Source: a virus (Duplodnaviria > Caudoviricetes). Taken from it: a stretch of 64,000 nucleotides of DNA. A program made the translations under genes and the position numbers. This document shows, one piece after another, positions 61,412-64,000 of this stretch. Each line of letters opens with the position of its first letter. The stretch's first letter is position 1. The stretch lies in IMG/VR virus record IMGVR_UViG_3300025674_000014. The stretch is one strand, 5' to 3'. The notes beneath the pieces are model-generated. The model worked only from the letters and a program-made list of their open reading frames with translations. It was not told where the DNA came from and made no database searches.

Positions 61412-63853
61412 TCAAGTTATATCACTCCAAACATTTACTCTTTGAATAGTACCATCAGCACCTAATTGATTATCTATAACGTCTTGAACTTCATCAAGAA
61501 ATTCTGTCTGAGTGTAATTAGGACCATTAGGATAACCGCCGCCGCCATATAATAATGAAGCAAGTAAAATATCATTATTATAAAGTAAGAATATAGGACT
61601 ACCACTATCACCAGACGATACACCGTTAGGAAAAAATAACGTTCTTGCAGGTAATAAAGAACTAGCTGTACTTAAATTTTGATATTTATTTATATAAAAT
61701 TGATAAGCCCCGGGGCAAGTAGTTCTACACGCCCAAGGATAAATTTTTTCATTTAAAGCTATAGCATATGCATTATCTAAACAAACAGTTCCAGGAGCCG
61801 GGGTAAAGGATCTACCACCACCTACAATTACTGGAAACGAACAAGCTGGTACGATTTCCGAACCATTTAAATTTTTGAATTCAGCAAATTTATATATTTT
61901 TATATCTGGATCGGTAATAGGGTTTGATAATTTACCTACAGCAACATCAGTATAATAATTACCTAATACTGAACTTTGGTTAAAATAACAACCTTGTAAT
62001 CCACTACTGTTACAAGCCCAGCATGCTACTTGAGCAGATACTCTATCCCCATTAGGTTTAATAAAATTAATACAATAACCAGTAGTTAATCCCTGATATT
62101 GAGAATCAGATTGTATATTATTATGAGGTGTATTATGAGCAGCTACTATAAAGTGTCTATCAGTAATCATTACATAATTACTAAATTCTGTATGTAATGC
62201 GCAAGAACCACTATCATAAAAATACGGATTACCACAACATGTTACATTAGAAAACCCTTGACCAGTTAAACATGAATAGCACGCTGCGTACCTAACACCT
62301 GATACATCAACTATATTTCTACAACTATACCACCAAGCACTGGTATTTACATTACCGCCGCTGCAATTAATATAATTGTAAGTAAATGAATTTGCAGCAG
62401 TTATTGAAGTAATACTGTTAACACCTAATCTACAAAATTCATAATTAGTGCAATTTAAAAAGTTTCTAAAACATTGACAATAATAACACGCTGTTGGTGT
62501 TCTTGTTTGAGTCGGTGTTTGTGTTCTTGTTCTAGTATAAGTTGGTGTCCTGGTTTGAGTACGTGTTCTTGTAGGGGTTGGTGTACATGTTGATGTTGCT
62601 CCGCTTGTGCAAGTTTGAGTATTTGTTCTAGTTTGTGTAGGTGTTTGTGTTGATGTTCTAGTATATGTAGGTGTATTGGTTGGTGTTCTGGTATTTGTAC
62701 AAGTTGGGGTAGGGGTACCGTATTTAGATACCGTTGATGTTTGCGTGGCTGTTCTTGTAGCTGTTCTTGTTTGAGTAGGTGTTCTAGTTGGTGTACCTGT
62801 TTGAGAAGCTGTTCTTGTATTGGTGGGTGTTGGTGTAGGTGTATCTGCAGAAGTACATGTGATTGTTGGTGATACCGATCTCGTTCTTGTTTGAGTTGGT
62901 GATAAAGTAATTGATTTGGTTATAGTAGGGGTTTGTGTAGGGGAACTACCGCAAGTAACAGAAGGTGTTAATGTTCTTGTTCTAGTATTAGTTGCAGTAC
63001 GGGTTCTAGTTGGTGAACTTGTTCTACTATTAGTAGGTGTTTGGGTTGAGGTAGGGGTGGGGGTAGCGTAACTTGAAACCGTGCGTGTCGGGGTCAATGT
63101 ACGAGATTGAGTTAAAGTTCGTGTTGGTGTTGATATATTTGTACCCGAACACGTTTGGGTTGGTGTATTAGATCTTGTTTTAGTATTTGTGGCGGTTTGT
63201 GAGCTTGTTTTAGTTTGGGTTGATGTTTTGGTATTAGTTAAAGTCGATGTTGATGTTCTAGTGCAAGTTACATTTGGTGTATCCGTTCTTGTAGCTGTTT
63301 GAGTAGGGGTTTGTGTTCTTGTTTGAGTTGGTGTTCTTGATCTTGTATATGTTGTTGTTGGTGTTCTACTATTAGTTGGTGTTGATGTAGGTGTAGATGT
63401 TGAAGTTCTGGTATCTGTAGGTGTATAAGTATGTGTTCTCGTACAAGTAGGTGTTTGAGTAGGTGTTCTAGAACAGGTTACATTAGGATTAGTTACTAAA
63501 GGATCAGTAGCGGTAGGGGTAGATGTTTTTGTTCTCGATTTAGTATTTGTAGGTGTAGCTGTAACAGCTAAACAACTCGAACCAAAAGCTGTTGGTGTTC
63601 TTGTTCTAGTACCTGTAAAAGTAGCAGTATTTGATCTAGTTACTGTTTGAGATGGAGTGGTGGTTGGGCATGATGTAACTGTTTGTGTTGGTGTGTTAGA
63701 TCTTGTAGGGGTTAAAGTCGCGGTTTGCGTAGGTGTCCTAGTTTGAGTTACATACGGGTCGGCCCCTTGACGCATTTTACCCCAGTTGCTCGCTTGAGCT
63801 GGACCTGGGTTTGCGCTTCTAATTAAATCTCTTACTGTTGGTAAAGTAGCCAC
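61412..63853 (-). CDS. mucin-like Thr-rich protein with C-terminal trypsin-like serine protease domain
   Basis: ~420-aa (T-X)n stalk, Cys-rich linker, then HFIVAAH (His), TDVAVGKL (Asp) and SGDSGSPIF (Ser) catalytic-triad motifs. Confidence 0.8.
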   Translation of the reverse strand: MATLPTVRDLIRSANPGPAQASNWGKMRQGADPYVTQTRTPTQTATLTPTRSNTPTQTVTSCPTTTPSQTVTRSNTATFTGTRTRTPTAFGSSCLAVTATPTNTKSRTKTSTPTATDPLVTNPNVTCSRTPTQTPTCTRTHTYTPTDTRTSTSTPTSTPTNSRTPTTTYTRSRTPTQTRTQTPTQTATRTDTPNVTCTRTSTSTLTNTKTSTQTKTSSQTATNTKTRSNTPTQTCSGTNISTPTRTLTQSRTLTPTRTVSSYATPTPTSTQTPTNSRTSSPTRTRTATNTRTRTLTPSVTCGSSPTQTPTITKSITLSPTQTRTRSVSPTITCTSADTPTPTPTNTRTASQTGTPTRTPTQTRTATRTATQTSTVSKYGTPTPTCTNTRTPTNTPTYTRTSTQTPTQTRTNTQTCTSGATSTCTPTPTRTRTQTRTPTYTRTRTQTPTQTRTPTACYYCQCFRNFLNCTNYEFCRLGVNSITSITAANSFTYNYINCSGGNVNTSAWWYSCRNIVDVSGVRYAACYSCLTGQGFSNVTCCGNPYFYDSGSCALHTEFSNYVMITDRHFIVAAHNTPHNNIQSDSQYQGLTTGYCINFIKPNGDRVSAQVACWACNSSGLQGCYFNQSSVLGNYYTDVAVGKLSNPITDPDIKIYKFAEFKNLNGSEIVPACSFPVIVGGGRSFTPAPGTVCLDNAYAIALNEKIYPWACRTTCPGAYQFYINKYQNLSTASSLLPARTLFFPNGVSSGDSGSPIFLLYNNDILLASLLYGGGGYPNGPNYTQTEFLDEVQDVIDNQLGADGTIQRVNVWSDIT

Positions 63854-63862
63854 AATCTAATA

Positions 63863-63868
63863 TATTTA
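63863..63868 (-). promoter_or_regulatory. TAAATA late-promoter motif
   Basis: Ends 9 nt before the GTG at 63853; a second TAAATA lies near 63882-63887. Confidence 0.45.
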
Positions 63869-63892
63869 ATCTACTATAATATATTTAAAGAT

Positions 63893-64000
63893 TTAAAGTG
63901 TACCGTACCCCACCCCAACATATAAATCATTATTTCTGTTAACGCAATATGAAAAATTAGAATAAACTTCAACGCGTTGAGCACTACCTACGTAAGGAGT
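63893..64000 (-). CDS. C-terminal fragment of an upstream gene (begins outside window)
   Basis: Open frame TPYVGSAQRVEVYSNFSYCVNRNNDLYVGVGYGTL* ending TAA at 63893-63895. Confidence 0.55.
   Translation of the reverse strand, partial: TPYVGSAQRVEVYSNFSYCVNRNNDLYVGVGYGTL

Noticed and set aside
1-64000. Eukaryotic or giant-virus origin suggested by mucins and GT60
   Set aside because: T4-type gp23/gp21/gp4/gp13/gp5, bacterial terminators, T4-like late motifs and no introns indicate a bacteriophage.
1-64000. Stop-codon reassignment or a diversity-generating retroelement
   Set aside because: Genes are intact under code 11, with TAA, TAG and TGA all used as stops. No reverse transcriptase or adenine-specific TR/VR pair was seen in the window.

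Overview
A 64-kb slice of a large AT-rich T4-like (myovirus-type) phage genome, not a cellular chromosome. The left ~9 kb (mostly + strand) carries a 5'-truncated dCMP deaminase, tRNA-Arg(UCU), small hypotheticals, an MSMEG_6728/DenV-like protein, a GT2-like protein, a metallophosphoesterase, a P-loop NTPase and queF, plus a minus-strand gp5-like baseplate hub/spike and a neighbouring hypothetical. From ~9 to 22 kb is a minus-strand late structural block: gp23, gp22, gp21, gp4, gp13 and several large virion proteins, most preceded by a TAAATA motif. From ~22 to 64 kb is the most unusual part. Very large proteins built from (Thr-X)n mucin-like stalks carry LamG/ConA lectin, Gly-rich and trypsin-like domains. 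They are interleaved with two GT60-like polypeptide GlcNAc-transferases, an FkbM-HtrL-GT fusion and a GT9-like enzyme. The 8021-aa and 2022-aa ORFs are one reading frame broken by a single missing base near 33423; restored, it would encode about 10,074 aa. Leading hypothesis (inference): a phage-encoded mucin-type O-glycosylation system that builds very long glycosylated virion fibres. Family assignments come from motif recognition by eye; no database searches were run.
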